Positions 1 to 9,377 of a stretch of DNA of 43,406 nucleotides are shown one piece after another (position 1 is the stretch's first letter; every line of letters begins with the position of its first letter). The stretch covers positions 1 to 43,406 of the forward strand of contig DASRGZ010000110.1 of assembly GCA_035650735.1 (NCBI GenBank), read 5' to 3'. The translations under genes were made by a program, and so were the position numbers. A model generated the notes under the pieces. That model was given only the letters and a program-made list of their open reading frames with translations, had not been told where the DNA came from and did not search any database. Source of the stretch: Chthonomonadaceae bacterium (GTDB lineage Bacteria; Armatimonadota; Chthonomonadetes; Chthonomonadales; Chthonomonadaceae).

Positions 1-158
1 GGAACTGGATGGACAGGATTAGAGAAAGAGGGAGAAAGGCTTGGCCGTGCGGTGGAAATCCAGTTAATCTCGTTAATCCCGTCTGATTTTCTCTTGGTCT
101 TTCTCCGTGACTCCTCCGTGTCTCCGTGCCTCTAGCGCAGCGGGTGGTTAAAATAGGA

Positions 159-851
159 TCAGCCGACGGCGTCCAGCGCCTCCTTGATGGGCATCTGGAC
201 GCAGGTGAAGATGGGCGTGTCGCGCAGCGTGTACTTGCTGGACTCGGTCTCGCGCAGGGCCATCACCAGGTCGAGAAAGTCGGCGGGGACGTCGGTTTCG
301 AAGGCGACGACGAACTCCTGGTCGTCAATGCCGAACGAATAGGTCGTGTTCAGCTTGACGGTGGGGAACTTGTGGCCGACCTCGATATGGGTGGCCATGC
401 GCTTCTGGCGCTCCTCGTAGGGCATCAGGTACCAGTCCCGCGTCTTGACAAACGGATAGACGAACAGGTACTTGCGCCCGGTCGGGCGGATGACCAGCCG
501 ACGCCCTTCCGGCGATCCCTTGTCGTGCGGGTCTTTGTATTGCGAGGTCTTGGTCATCGCCAGATAGCAGTAGGGTTGAGTGGCCCAGCGCCCGATGCCC
601 GTGTTGAGCAGGCGCGAGCCGTGCTTCTGGAACAGGGCCAGATCCGGCGCGGCGTTCCAGAGCAGCAGATCCACGTCCCCGCGAATGCCCACCAGCGAAT
701 AGCTGCGCACCATCATCTCGTCGGCGGCCTCCTCGACCGCGCAGACAAACTCTGCCTTGTCGCGCTCCCGCTCCTCGCGCGGCAGCCGCCGCCAGGCCGG
801 GTCAAACTTATAGAAAGCAAACTGTACTATCGTGCGTCCGCGATTTTCCAT
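159..851 (-). CDS. chdC: Coproheme decarboxylase (ChdC/HemQ; chlorite dismutase-like family)
   Basis: YPFVK motif, WYLMPYEER...H proximal His, SFGIDDQEF. The position of the distal Arg of true chlorite dismutases holds Leu (VKLNTTYS). Confidence 0.8.
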   Translation of the reverse strand: MENRGRTIVQFAFYKFDPAWRRLPREERERDKAEFVCAVEEAADEMMVRSYSLVGIRGDVDLLLWNAAPDLALFQKHGSRLLNTGIGRWATQPYCYLAMTKTSQYKDPHDKGSPEGRRLVIRPTGRKYLFVYPFVKTRDWYLMPYEERQKRMATHIEVGHKFPTVKLNTTYSFGIDDQEFVVAFETDVPADFLDLVMALRETESSKYTLRDTPIFTCVQMPIKEALDAVG

Positions 852-868
852 GGCTTATCCTCTCCTCG

Positions 869-1873
869 CTAGGGCACAACAACCAGGGCGCGCACCGCGC
901 CGTCGTGGGCGGCGATCTTGGCTTGCTCCCGGCCCGTCGCCACGCTCCAGTAGCGCACCGTCTTATCCGCGCCACCGCTTACGATCATGCTGCCATCGGA
1001 CGTCCAGGCCAGAGCATAGACCGCTGCGCGCTCGTGGCCGGCGCTGAAGGGCAAGGGCATGCCGGTGATGGCGTTCCAGAGGCGGATTTTGCCGTCCTCA
1101 TCGCCGGTGGCGATGGTCCTGCCGTTGGGCGAAAAGGCCACCGCCCACACGGGCCGGTCGCTGACGCGGGTCCGATTGATCAGCCCGCCGCCGCCCAGAC
1201 GCCAGGTCTTGAGATAACCGTCCGCCGAGACGCTGGCGACCTCCTGATCGCCGGGCGCCACGGCCAGGCCCGTAATGACGTCATCATGGGCGACGATGTT
1301 GGACTGGTATTCCAGCGCCGCCGTCTTGTCGTCCCCGGTGACGCGCCAGGTACGCAGGAGCTTATCCGCGCTGCCGCTGACCAGCGTTCTGCCGTCCGAG
1401 GTAAATTGCAGGGCGCGCACCGCATCGCCGTGCGCCTCAACATCTGCCAGTTGCCTGCCGGTCGCGCGGTTCCAGAGGCGGATATGCCGGTCGTCGCCCC
1501 CCGTCGCGATCAGCGTGCCGTCCGGCGAGACCGCCAGCGCCAACACCGCGCCGCCGGGCGTCTCCACGCTCGCTATCAGACGTCCCCGGCCCAGATCCCA
1601 GACTTTCCACGTCTTATCGGAGCCGGCGGAGATCAGGGTATCGGCATGGCCCGGCACCAGGACCAGCGCGTTGACCGCGTCGTCATGGCTGCCCAGGATA
1701 CCGGCCAGCTTGCCGGAGGTGTCCCACCTCTTGATCGCGCGGTCGGCCCCACCGGAGATAACCTCCGGCAGCGCGCCGGCCCGGATTCCTGCCGCGCAGA
1801 ACAGGCAGAGGCAGGCCAGGGCAAACGCCCACCGGCAGGGCCAGAAAGCATCTATTCGTCCGCTGCTCTTCAA
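869..1873 (-). CDS. Secreted WD40-repeat beta-propeller protein
   Basis: About 7 repeats of the H..AV.AL......SG..D..I..W type. Probable TTG start at 1873 after GGAAGGA gives a signal-peptide-like N-terminus; the track ORF starts at 1981. Confidence 0.85.
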   Translation of the reverse strand: MKSSGRIDAFWPCRWAFALACLCLFCAAGIRAGALPEVISGGADRAIKRWDTSGKLAGILGSHDDAVNALVLVPGHADTLISAGSDKTWKVWDLGRGRLIASVETPGGAVLALAVSPDGTLIATGGDDRHIRLWNRATGRQLADVEAHGDAVRALQFTSDGRTLVSGSADKLLRTWRVTGDDKTAALEYQSNIVAHDDVITGLAVAPGDQEVASVSADGYLKTWRLGGGGLINRTRVSDRPVWAVAFSPNGRTIATGDEDGKIRLWNAITGMPLPFSAGHERAAVYALAWTSDGSMIVSGGADKTVRYWSVATGREQAKIAAHDGAVRALVVVP

Positions 1874-2073
1874 AATCGCCGCTCGTTCCTTCCGTAATAG
1901 TCTCCGCAAGAGGGCATCCCGTCCCCTCTTAGCCTCACTCCCAGGCAGCCTACCCCTTGAGGGCCGGGGTGAGCTCGCCATATGCTTAGACCCCGCTGAA
2001 GTCTGGTTGTTACACTCCTATCCATACGGAGACAGGGATGCGGAACGTCGCCCGCAGCGCTGCCAGATGCGCC

Positions 2074-3120
2074 TCAGGCGGTCGTCGCCCGCGACGCGAC
2101 CTCGTCTACCTCCTCTGTGCTATCCAGATAGAAATCGTGCTGATAGAGCTCGGCGACCTGGGCCAGCTCCCCTGGCGTCAGGGCCGGCGTATCGGGCGCG
2201 GCGGCGAACTCCTCCAACTGGCGCGCATCGTAGATATTGGGCAGCACAGAAGCGATGCTGGGCTCGCTCAGAAGGAACTGGATCGCCGCCTGGCCCAGCG
2301 TGCGCCCCGTGTTATGGGTCAGGAACCGCAACCGCTCCACCTTCTTCAGGCCCGCCAGGAGCCACTTGCGCCGCATCTCGTCGGTGGTCATACGGAAGCT
2401 GCGGTGGTCATTGGGCTCGAACTGCGTCTCCTCCGTATAATTGCCTTCCAGCAGGCCCGACGAATGGGGCACCCGCACCAGAATGGGCACCCGGTGCGTG
2501 CGCGCCAGCGGGCACAGCGACTCGCCTAATACCTGCTCCAGCAGGTTATAGATAATCTGTACGGGCGCATGCCGATGGGTGATGCAAAAGGCGCCCTCTT
2601 CAATCTGGCGCTCCGGCTTGAGGGCAGGCCCCAGCGCGGCGCCATAGGCGCGTATCTTGCCCTCGGCCTTCAAAGACTCCAGCGTCGCGAAGAGGTCGTC
2701 GCGGCGCAGCGCATCAATGCGCGGGTTATGCAGCTGGTACAGATCGATCCGGTCGGTACGCAGCCGCTGGAGGCTCCGCTCACAGGCCTGGCGCACGTAC
2801 TCCGGCGCCCAGTCCTGGGGCCGCTCCCGCTGGCCGGGCTGCACGCCCGGATGATTATAGAAGTCGTAGCCAAACTTGGTAGCGATTACGATCTGCTCGC
2901 GCTGCGGGCCCAGCGCGTCGGCCAGCAGGGTCTCGCCCTTGCCGTCGCCATAGACATCGGCCGTATCATAAAAGGTAATGCCCAGATCGAAGGCGCGGCG
3001 CAGCAGCTCTGTAGCGAACGCATCGTCGCTGATGCCCCACATCGTCGTCGCAACGGTCCAAACGCCGAACCCAACGGCGGAGACGTTGAGGCCGGTATCG
3101 CCCAGAGCGCGGTATTTCAT
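2074..3120 (-). CDS. Aldo/keto reductase
   Basis: [24 protein letters not shown] and [16 protein letters not shown] motifs. Confidence 0.95.
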   Translation of the reverse strand: MKYRALGDTGLNVSAVGFGVWTVATTMWGISDDAFATELLRRAFDLGITFYDTADVYGDGKGETLLADALGPQREQIVIATKFGYDFYNHPGVQPGQRERPQDWAPEYVRQACERSLQRLRTDRIDLYQLHNPRIDALRRDDLFATLESLKAEGKIRAYGAALGPALKPERQIEEGAFCITHRHAPVQIIYNLLEQVLGESLCPLARTHRVPILVRVPHSSGLLEGNYTEETQFEPNDHRSFRMTTDEMRRKWLLAGLKKVERLRFLTHNTGRTLGQAAIQFLLSEPSIASVLPNIYDARQLEEFAAAPDTPALTPGELAQVAELYQHDFYLDSTEEVDEVASRATTA

Positions 3121-3205
3121 GACAGCTCTCCTCTCTTTCCCCTCGCAAAAAGACGGGCTTGTGTCCCATCCAGGATGAACCTCTTGGCCGGTCTTCCCGA
3201 CTAAA

Positions 3206-3235
3206 ATAGTAGCCTAACATGAGGAAGGCTGTCAA
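3206..3235 (-). promoter_or_regulatory. Sigma70-type promoter for the AKR gene
   Basis: Minus strand TTGACA-N18-TACTAT, ~85 bp upstream of the start. Confidence 0.6.
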
Positions 3236-3301
3236 GGCTGCCCCCGGGATCGCCCGCCCCCCTTCGCATCCTCCGGGGCAGCCTCTGGTCTGCCGAGACT
3301 A

Positions 3302-3330
3302 TTGCTTTTGCTAAACATTTGTGTTATCAT
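3302..3330 (+). promoter_or_regulatory. Sigma70-type extended -10 promoter
   Basis: TTGCTT-N17-TATCAT with TGn before the -10, in an AT-rich patch. Confidence 0.55.
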
Positions 3331-3480
3331 CTGTTGATAATTAAGCGGCTAGGCACTCAAAGCGCGCCGTTCCCCGAGCGGGAGTTTCTATGCGCTTTGA
3401 CCGCACGGCTATTTAGCGGGCGGCGCGGCGCGTCCGCCGCTTCCAACCCATACCCAAGCTTACTTGGAGGGAGCCATTCC

Positions 3481-5097
3481 ATGATACTCCGCAAGGTCGT
3501 TCCCCTGGCGGTTTGCGCCCTGGCCGTGAGCAGCGTCGGCCAGGCCTACGCCCAGGCGCCTTTCACCATCCGGCGCCCCGGCGATGGCTGGACGGTGCGC
3601 GAGAAGGTGCCGGTGCAGATTCCGCGCTCCAGCATCCCGCCCGGCGGTTTCGTCGGCATTTTCATTGACGGCAAATTTGATGTCGCGCTGGCGCCCAGCG
3701 GCCCCAGTAACCGGCCCTTCACCTACGTCTGGGACACCAAGAACGGGGATGAGCAGGGCAAGCAGGTTCCCGATGGGCCCCATACCATCAAGGCCGTCCT
3801 GTATGCCCCGGTCGCCAACTCCAGTGCGACCGCGGCCAAGGCCTCCAGCCAGGTCCACGTGATCGTGGCCAACAAGATCAAGAGCGCCCCCGGCCCGATC
3901 TTGCTGCGCTATAAGTATCGCGAGGGCGAGAATCTGCGCTACGCCCGCGATACCAAGTCCTACATCGTCAGCGCCCTCTCCGGCCTGGAGGCCACCAGCG
4001 ATCAGGAGCTGGCCTCCGTCTCCAGCCGCCTGCTGCTCGACATTCAGGACGTGCGTTCCAACGTCGCTCTGGTGCGCAACAAGCTGACGGCGCTGACCAT
4101 CCAGCAGAATGGGCAGGAGACGACGCTGCCCTCGGCCAGCCTGTCGGCCTCGATGTACCAGGAGCTCGATCCGCTGGGCCGCGTTCACTACGAGACGGGC
4201 ACCGCCGCCGGCCTGGAGGAGTTCACGTCCCAGGGCCTGCCGGTAGATAATACGTTGGAGCTGCCCATCCTTTATCCGGAAAGAGTGGCGGTCGGGGATA
4301 CCTGGCGCACGCCGGGCCGCCTGGATATTCCGGGCCTGCCGCCCGCCCTGGAGCCGCGCGTCTGGCTGACCAACAAATTCGAGGGCCTGGAGTGGGAAGA
4401 GGGCCGGCCTACCGCCAAGATCCGCCAGACCTATGAGGGCCCCTTGGGCCGCACCATTCAGTTCGGCTCCATCGAAATCACCTCACCGACGGTCAAGTAC
4501 GACCGGGCTATCTACCTGGCCTATCGCTCCGGCCTCCTTGTCAAGAGCACGCGCACGCTGACCATCTCCGGCCGCACCTCTAGCCCGCTCAACACGACCC
4601 AGCCGGGCATGGCGCCCGGTATGGCAGGCGCCTTCGGCGGCGCCCAACGCTTCGGCGGCATGATGGGCGGCCCGCCTCCCGGTATGATGATGGGGGGCTA
4701 CCCCGGCATGGCCGGACGTCCAGGCGCCGGTATGCCTAGCGGCCCGCCTCCGGGCATGTTCCAGGGCTATGGCGGCTACCCTGGCATGGCTGGACGCCCT
4801 GGCGGCGGTGGTATGCCTGGCGGTCCGCCTCCCGGTATGATGGGCGGCTATCCCGGCATGGCCGGGCGCGGCGGGCGAGGCGGTTTTGGCGGCCGCTTCC
4901 CGGGCGGCGGCTATCCCGGCATGGGCGGCCCGCCTCCCGGCATGATGGGGGGCTATCCGGGCATGGCGGGCGGAGGGCGCTTCGGGGGCAATCGCGGCCC
5001 CGTGAATACCCCGCAGGAGACCGACCATCCGGTTACGGTCAAATCCGTGACTGTGACCCGGCTCCTCCCGCAGTCGGTTCAGCGGGCCAGCCGCTAA
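3481..5097 (+). CDS. Secreted hypothetical protein with Ig-like N-terminus and Gly/Met/Pro low-complexity insert
   Basis: GGAGG upstream of ATG 3481; signal peptide ending AYA; FTYVWDT...DGPHTIKA Ig-like motif; GGYPGM x5 and GPPPGM x4. The track ORF starts at 3319. Confidence 0.8.
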   Translation: MILRKVVPLAVCALAVSSVGQAYAQAPFTIRRPGDGWTVREKVPVQIPRSSIPPGGFVGIFIDGKFDVALAPSGPSNRPFTYVWDTKNGDEQGKQVPDGPHTIKAVLYAPVANSSATAAKASSQVHVIVANKIKSAPGPILLRYKYREGENLRYARDTKSYIVSALSGLEATSDQELASVSSRLLLDIQDVRSNVALVRNKLTALTIQQNGQETTLPSASLSASMYQELDPLGRVHYETGTAAGLEEFTSQGLPVDNTLELPILYPERVAVGDTWRTPGRLDIPGLPPALEPRVWLTNKFEGLEWEEGRPTAKIRQTYEGPLGRTIQFGSIEITSPTVKYDRAIYLAYRSGLLVKSTRTLTISGRTSSPLNTTQPGMAPGMAGAFGGAQRFGGMMGGPPPGMMMGGYPGMAGRPGAGMPSGPPPGMFQGYGGYPGMAGRPGGGGMPGGPPPGMMGGYPGMAGRGGRGGFGGRFPGGGYPGMGGPPPGMMGGYPGMAGGGRFGGNRGPVNTPQETDHPVTVKSVTVTRLLPQSVQRASR

Positions 5098-5125
5098 GCC
5101 GATAGCGCTCGTTCTCGCATTGCCT

Positions 5126-5178
5126 CACGCAAAAGGGCGGATGGCGCGCTAACCTTGCGCCATCCGCCCTTTTGCGTG
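5126..5178. terminator. Long hairpin, probable terminator after the 3481-5097 gene
   Basis: Perfect 22-bp stem CACGCAAAAGGGCGGATGGCGC with a 9-nt loop, 29 bp after the stop codon. Confidence 0.7.
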
Positions 5179-5184
5179 TATAAT
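5155..5184 (+). promoter_or_regulatory. Sigma70-type promoter upstream of tatC
   Basis: TTGCGC-N18-TATAAT. Confidence 0.55.
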
Positions 5185-5342
5185 GCTGAAACGAGCATGA
5201 CTTAGAACCTCTCCCTTGTAGGCGTTCCGCCGAGATGGGAGAACCGGCCTAGCAGGATAAGCGCTTAAGGGTCAGGACTATCGAGTCACAGGACTCTTCG
5301 GGCTGCGACCGCTCTGCCAGCCAGAGCTTCAGAAGGACGACC

Positions 5343-6284
5343 GTGGATATTCCGCACAGCACAAGCACCGGCCCGCGCGCCGCGCGGCCCGCCTATGACG
5401 AGAAACGGATGGAGCTGACCGGGCATCTGGCCGAGCTTCGCTCGCGGATCATCCGCTCCATTCTCTATCTGGTGTTAGGCGCGATCCTCGCCTACCAGTT
5501 CTTCCCGGCGCTCTACGGCTTCCTCTATCGCCCGCTGGAGCGGGAGATGCAGCGGCAGAACACGGAAAAGGTTCGGCTTGTGGACGGCGAGACGCTGGTC
5601 ATTCCACATGCCACCTCCAATCCCCCCTCCAAAAAGGACTTCGACGCCCTGGCCGACGCCGTCCGCTGGATACAGACCCATCCGGTGCGCACGCCGGTCA
5701 TGTCCATCGTGTTCCGCGATTTCTTCGAGCCGTTCATGGTGCGCCTGAAGATCAGCATCATCTATGGCTTTATCCTGGTGCTGCCGCTGGTCGTCGGCGA
5801 GGCAGCGGCCTTTATCACGCCGGCCCTGACCCCGCAGGAGCGCCGTCCCCTGCGCCTGCTCCTGCCGGTCTCCGTGCTCCTGCTCATTTTCGGCGTCACG
5901 GTCGCCTACTGCACGATGTTCTTCGCGATGCACTGGTTCCTGTCCTACCTGGACGACTTCCCGCAGCCCGCCGTCCTGATGCAGGACCCGAACACCTATA
6001 TCCTGTTCTTCGTCAAGATGATGGCGGCGTTCGGCCTCGCCTTCCAGCTGCCGGTCGTGCTGATGTTTGGCGCCTTTGTGGGCCTGATCACCTCGAAGGG
6101 ACTGCTGAAGCACTGGCGCTGGGGCGTGGTGATCGCGGCGCTCGGAGGCGTGTTTACCCCCTCCAACGATCTGTTCTCAATGGCGCTGATGTCCTTTCCG
6201 CTGTTGCTCCTTTATGGCGCCAGCATCTACCTGGTCAAGTTCGTGGAGCGGATGAAAGCGCGCGACCGGGAGCAGCCCGCGTGA
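5343..6284 (+). CDS. tatC: Twin-arginine translocase subunit TatC
   Basis: M.LTGHLAELRSRII, FITPALTPQER, FGLAFQLP and FTPSND motifs; six hydrophobic segments. Confidence 0.95.
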   Translation: MDIPHSTSTGPRAARPAYDEKRMELTGHLAELRSRIIRSILYLVLGAILAYQFFPALYGFLYRPLEREMQRQNTEKVRLVDGETLVIPHATSNPPSKKDFDALADAVRWIQTHPVRTPVMSIVFRDFFEPFMVRLKISIIYGFILVLPLVVGEAAAFITPALTPQERRPLRLLLPVSVLLLIFGVTVAYCTMFFAMHWFLSYLDDFPQPAVLMQDPNTYILFFVKMMAAFGLAFQLPVVLMFGAFVGLITSKGLLKHWRWGVVIAALGGVFTPSNDLFSMALMSFPLLLLYGASIYLVKFVERMKARDREQPA

Positions 6285-6296
6285 GTTGCATTCAGG

Positions 6297-6399
6297 CCCC
6301 CACCCCAGCCTGCGGCCACCCACTGCTAGGGGAGGGGAGAGTCAGCGTTGGCTTCTGCTCTCCCCTCTCCTTCTAAAGGAGAGGGGCCGGGGGTGAGGT
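6297..6399. repeat. Intergenic palindromic repeat, family 1 (CCCCTCTCC..GGAGAGGGG)
   Basis: Reverse-orientation relative of 29351-29453. Confidence 0.75.
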
Positions 6400-6414
6400 T
6401 AGCTTCTCGGACCT

Positions 6415-8718
6415 ATGAACTTTGACGGCTACCTCCAGGATCTCAAACGCGCCCCGTTTTATAGCGGGCAGATCGCGCACGTCCAGCGGATACCGGCGCG
6501 CAGTGCCCGCTATGGCGAGTTGGAGGCGCCGCTCTATCCCGATCTGGAGGAACGGCTGCGCGTCCTGGGCGTGCGCCGCCTCTATTCGCACCAGGCGGAA
6601 GCCGTCAACGCCGTGCGGGCCGGAGAGCACGTCACCGTCGTCACCGCCACCGCCAGCGGCAAGACCCTCTGCTACAACCTGCCCGTCCTGGATGCCGTCC
6701 TCAACGACAGCCGCGCCCGCGCCTTCTATCTCTTCCCGACCAAAGCCCTGGCGCAGGACCAACTGGGCAAGCTTAACGACTTCGGCCTGTTCCCCGCCGT
6801 CCGCTTCGCCACCTACGACGGCGACACCCCCGCCGCCGACCGCCGCTTCATCAAGAAGGGCGCGCACATCGTCCTGACCAACCCGGATATGCTGCATGTG
6901 GGCATCCTGCCCTACCATACGACCTGGAGCGCGTTTCTGGCCAACCTCAAGTACGTGGTCGTGGACGAGATGCACACCTATCGGGGCGTCTTTGGCGCGC
7001 ACGTGGCGCACATCCTGCGGCGGCTGCGGCGGCTCTGCGCCCTCTACGGGGCCAGCCCGCAGTTCCTCTGCTGCTCGGCCACCATCGCCAATCCAGAAGA
7101 GCTGACCGAGCGGCTGACCGGCGTGGACCGCCCGATCATCCTCAACGAGAACGGCGCACCCTCCGGCCCGCGCACCTTCGTCTTCTGGAACCCGCCCTTA
7201 ATCGGCGCGGATCAGGCCCAGCGGCGCAGCGCGCACGTTGAGGCGACGGCCCTGTTTACCGATCTGGTCGCGCAGGGCGTCCGCAACATCACCTTCACGA
7301 AGGCCCGCAAGAGCGCGGAGCTAATCCTGCGCTACGCCCGCAACGAGTTTGAGCGGCGCGCGCCCGATCTGACTCAGCGTATCATGTCGTACCGGGCCGG
7401 GTACACGCCCCAGGAGCGGCGCAAGATCGAGCAGGGCCTCTTCTCCGGGAAGCTCATCGGCGTCACGGCGACCAACGCGCTGGAGCTTGGCGTAGACGTT
7501 GGCGGGCTGGATGCGACGGTGCTGACGGGCTACCCCGGAACAATAGCGAGCACCTGGCAGCAGGCAGGACGCGCCGGTCGCGGCGGCGATGAGGCGCTCT
7601 CCATCCTGGTCGCGCTGGACAACCCGCTCGATCAGTTCCTCATACGCCATCCGGACTACTTCTTTGGCCGCCCGCATGAGCGTGGGATTGTAGACCCGGA
7701 CAACCGCCGCATCCTGGCCCAACATCTGCTCTGCGCCGCCTACGAACGCGCCCTCACGCGGGAAGACCTGAGCCCCTTCGGCCCCAACGCCCGCACGGCC
7801 CTGGACACGCTTATCGAGCAGGGCAAAATCGTCTCTCGCGGCGGCAAGTGGCACTTTGCCGGCGGGGATTACCCGGCGCGGGGCGTCAATATCCGCTCGG
7901 CCTCGGATACGTCCTTCAGGATCGTGGAGGAGGAGCGCGGGAACCGACTGGTCGGCACGGTGGAGGGCAACCTGGCCTACAAGACCCTCCATCCCGGCGC
8001 GATCTATCTGCATATGGGCGAAACGTACCTGGTCGAGCGGCTGGACATCGCGGAGCAGACCGCCTACGTGCGGCCCGTCGAGGCCAACTACTACACGGAG
8101 GCGCGTGAGAACTCCCATATCCTGATCCTGGACACGAAGCGCAGCCGCGACCTGGGCGCGACAAAGGCTTATTTCGGCGAGGTCGTCGTGACCAATCGCG
8201 TGGTGGGCTATCGGCGCAAAAGGCTCTTCAGCGACGAGGTGCTGGAAATTGTAGACCTGGATCTGCCGGAGCAGACCTTCGAGACGGAGGCTTTCTGGTT
8301 TACCGTGCCGAACGAGAAGATGCTAACGTTGGTGACGGAGGGCGGCGAGTTGGGCGGGAGCATCCACGCCATCGAGCACGCGGCCATCGGCATGATGCCC
8401 CTGCTCTCCACCTGCGACCGCTGGGACGTGGGCGGCGTCTCTCACCCGGAGCACCCGGATACCGGCCTGGCGACCGTTTTTGTCTATGATGGCTATCCGG
8501 GCGGCGTCGGGATCGCCGAAGCGACCTACGAGACGCTGGACGAGCTTTTGCGCGCCACCCATGAGATCATTGCCGAGTGCCCCTGCGCTGATGGCTGCCC
8601 GTCCTGCGTGCAGTCGCCCAAGTGCGGCAATAACAACGAGCCGCTGGATAAGCACGGCGCGCGCTACCTGCTGGAACTGCTGCTGGATCTGAAGTCTGCC
8701 ACCGCGAACGCGCGATAG
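6415..8718 (+). CDS. DEAD/DEAH-box helicase with C-terminal DUF1998 zinc domain (MrfA/YprA/Hrq1-like)
   Basis: TATASGKT, FPTKALAQDQ, DEMH, SAT, TNALELGVD, QQAGRAGR and CPCADGCPSCVQSPKC motifs. Confidence 0.93.
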   Translation: MNFDGYLQDLKRAPFYSGQIAHVQRIPARSARYGELEAPLYPDLEERLRVLGVRRLYSHQAEAVNAVRAGEHVTVVTATASGKTLCYNLPVLDAVLNDSRARAFYLFPTKALAQDQLGKLNDFGLFPAVRFATYDGDTPAADRRFIKKGAHIVLTNPDMLHVGILPYHTTWSAFLANLKYVVVDEMHTYRGVFGAHVAHILRRLRRLCALYGASPQFLCCSATIANPEELTERLTGVDRPIILNENGAPSGPRTFVFWNPPLIGADQAQRRSAHVEATALFTDLVAQGVRNITFTKARKSAELILRYARNEFERRAPDLTQRIMSYRAGYTPQERRKIEQGLFSGKLIGVTATNALELGVDVGGLDATVLTGYPGTIASTWQQAGRAGRGGDEALSILVALDNPLDQFLIRHPDYFFGRPHERGIVDPDNRRILAQHLLCAAYERALTREDLSPFGPNARTALDTLIEQGKIVSRGGKWHFAGGDYPARGVNIRSASDTSFRIVEEERGNRLVGTVEGNLAYKTLHPGAIYLHMGETYLVERLDIAEQTAYVRPVEANYYTEARENSHILILDTKRSRDLGATKAYFGEVVVTNRVVGYRRKRLFSDEVLEIVDLDLPEQTFETEAFWFTVPNEKMLTLVTEGGELGGSIHAIEHAAIGMMPLLSTCDRWDVGGVSHPEHPDTGLATVFVYDGYPGGVGIAEATYETLDELLRATHEIIAECPCADGCPSCVQSPKCGNNNEPLDKHGARYLLELLLDLKSATANAR

Positions 8719-8750
8719 TGCGGCAGAGCGTGTGGCCGGGAGGAGATGCG

Positions 8751-8912
8751 ATGCCCCTGTTGACGATGCGCGAGCGCCGCCGCCGCGCGACGCGCCGGTT
8801 TGTGCTGCGCGTGTGCCTGCTGCTGTTGCTGATGGGCGCTGTGACCTATTCCGCCTGGTTTGCGCCCTGGGCCAAGCCCGTCCACAATGTTGAGATCGAG
8901 CGGGTTCGCTAG
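8751..8912 (+). CDS. Small single-pass membrane protein (53 aa)
   Basis: GGAGGAG upstream of ATG 8751; Arg-rich N-terminus followed by a hydrophobic helix. Confidence 0.55.
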   Translation: MPLLTMRERRRRATRRFVLRVCLLLLLMGAVTYSAWFAPWAKPVHNVEIERVR

Positions 8913-8938
8913 GGCCAGAATCAGGGACGCTCGCTATC
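8909..8938. repeat. 30-bp direct repeat, copy 1 (copy 2 at 9374-9403)
   Basis: CTAGGGCCAGAATCAGGGACGCTCGCTATC vs CTAGGGCCGGAACCAGGGACGCTCGCCATC, 27/30 identical. Confidence 0.9.
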
Positions 8939-9012
8939 CAATATGCTCGCCGCGTTTCGGTGTATTAATGATAAAAGGAAGCGGCAAAGGTTGTTCTCGC
9001 AGGAGGCAAATC

Positions 9013-9377
9013 ATGACCGTTCGGCAACCTCATTACAGTAAAGAGGAGTTCGCTCGACGCGGCACAGAGATTTACGAGCGCGACATCCGGCCATAGGTAA
9101 TCGCTCCCAACGGTATTGACGTATCTCCTCAGCAGCAGGCTGCGTGAGATTGATCCACACGGCTGGGAGTGTCTACCCCGGCCATAAGGTAGAAGCAGAA
9201 AATAAAGGCAAAATCGTCGCCATTGATATTGAAACAGGCGAGTATGCACTTGGTGATGACGTGCTGACGGCCAGCCAAGCCTTGTTCGACCGCAACGAAG
9301 ACGCGCAAGTATGGGTGGTGCGCGTGGGAGACCCCGCAGTTCACCGTATTGCCCCGTGTTCTGTGGCAAAGCTCTAG
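9013..9377 (+). pseudogene. Interrupted small gene (DUF5678-like, ...GKIVAIDIETGEY...)
   Basis: AGGAGG RBS and MTVRQPHYSKEEFARRGTEIYERDIRP* (9013-9096). The continuation KVEAENKGKIVAIDIETGEY... lies in another frame after the 82-bp insert. Family assignment is from recollection. Confidence 0.7.
9096..9177. mobile_element. 82-bp MITE-like element, copy A
   Basis: Ends GGTAATCGCTCCCA...TGGGAGTGTCTACC; flanked by the exact 9-bp direct repeat CCGGCCATA (9087-9095, 9178-9186). Confidence 0.8.

Noticed and set aside
1..135. Short degenerate repeats (CTCCGTG x3, GTTAATC x2) at the window start
   Set aside because: Too short and truncated by the edge; resembles common intergenic simple repeats.
159..851. 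True chlorite dismutase
   Set aside because: Lacks the distal Arg and has the ChdC-type YPFxK motif.
1880..2070. Possible riboswitch (ZTP or fluoride-like words) upstream of the WD40 gene
   Set aside because: Conserved core elements are not in the correct order; part of the region is a family 1 repeat fragment.
6415..8718. Anti-phage defence system built on the DUF1998 helicase (DISARM/Druantia-like)
   Set aside because: Single MrfA/Hrq1-sized gene with no methylase, nuclease or partner genes nearby; DNA repair is the simpler reading.
9096..9177. Integron attC site or HDV-like ribozyme
   Set aside because: No complementary RYYYAAC/GTTRRRY pair, no integrase and no HDV P3/L3 topology.
9091..9186. 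Translational bypass (T4 gene 60-like hop) across the 82-bp insert
   Set aside because: The matching CCA after the insert is followed by TAA and is out of frame; TIRs plus a TSD explain the structure more simply.
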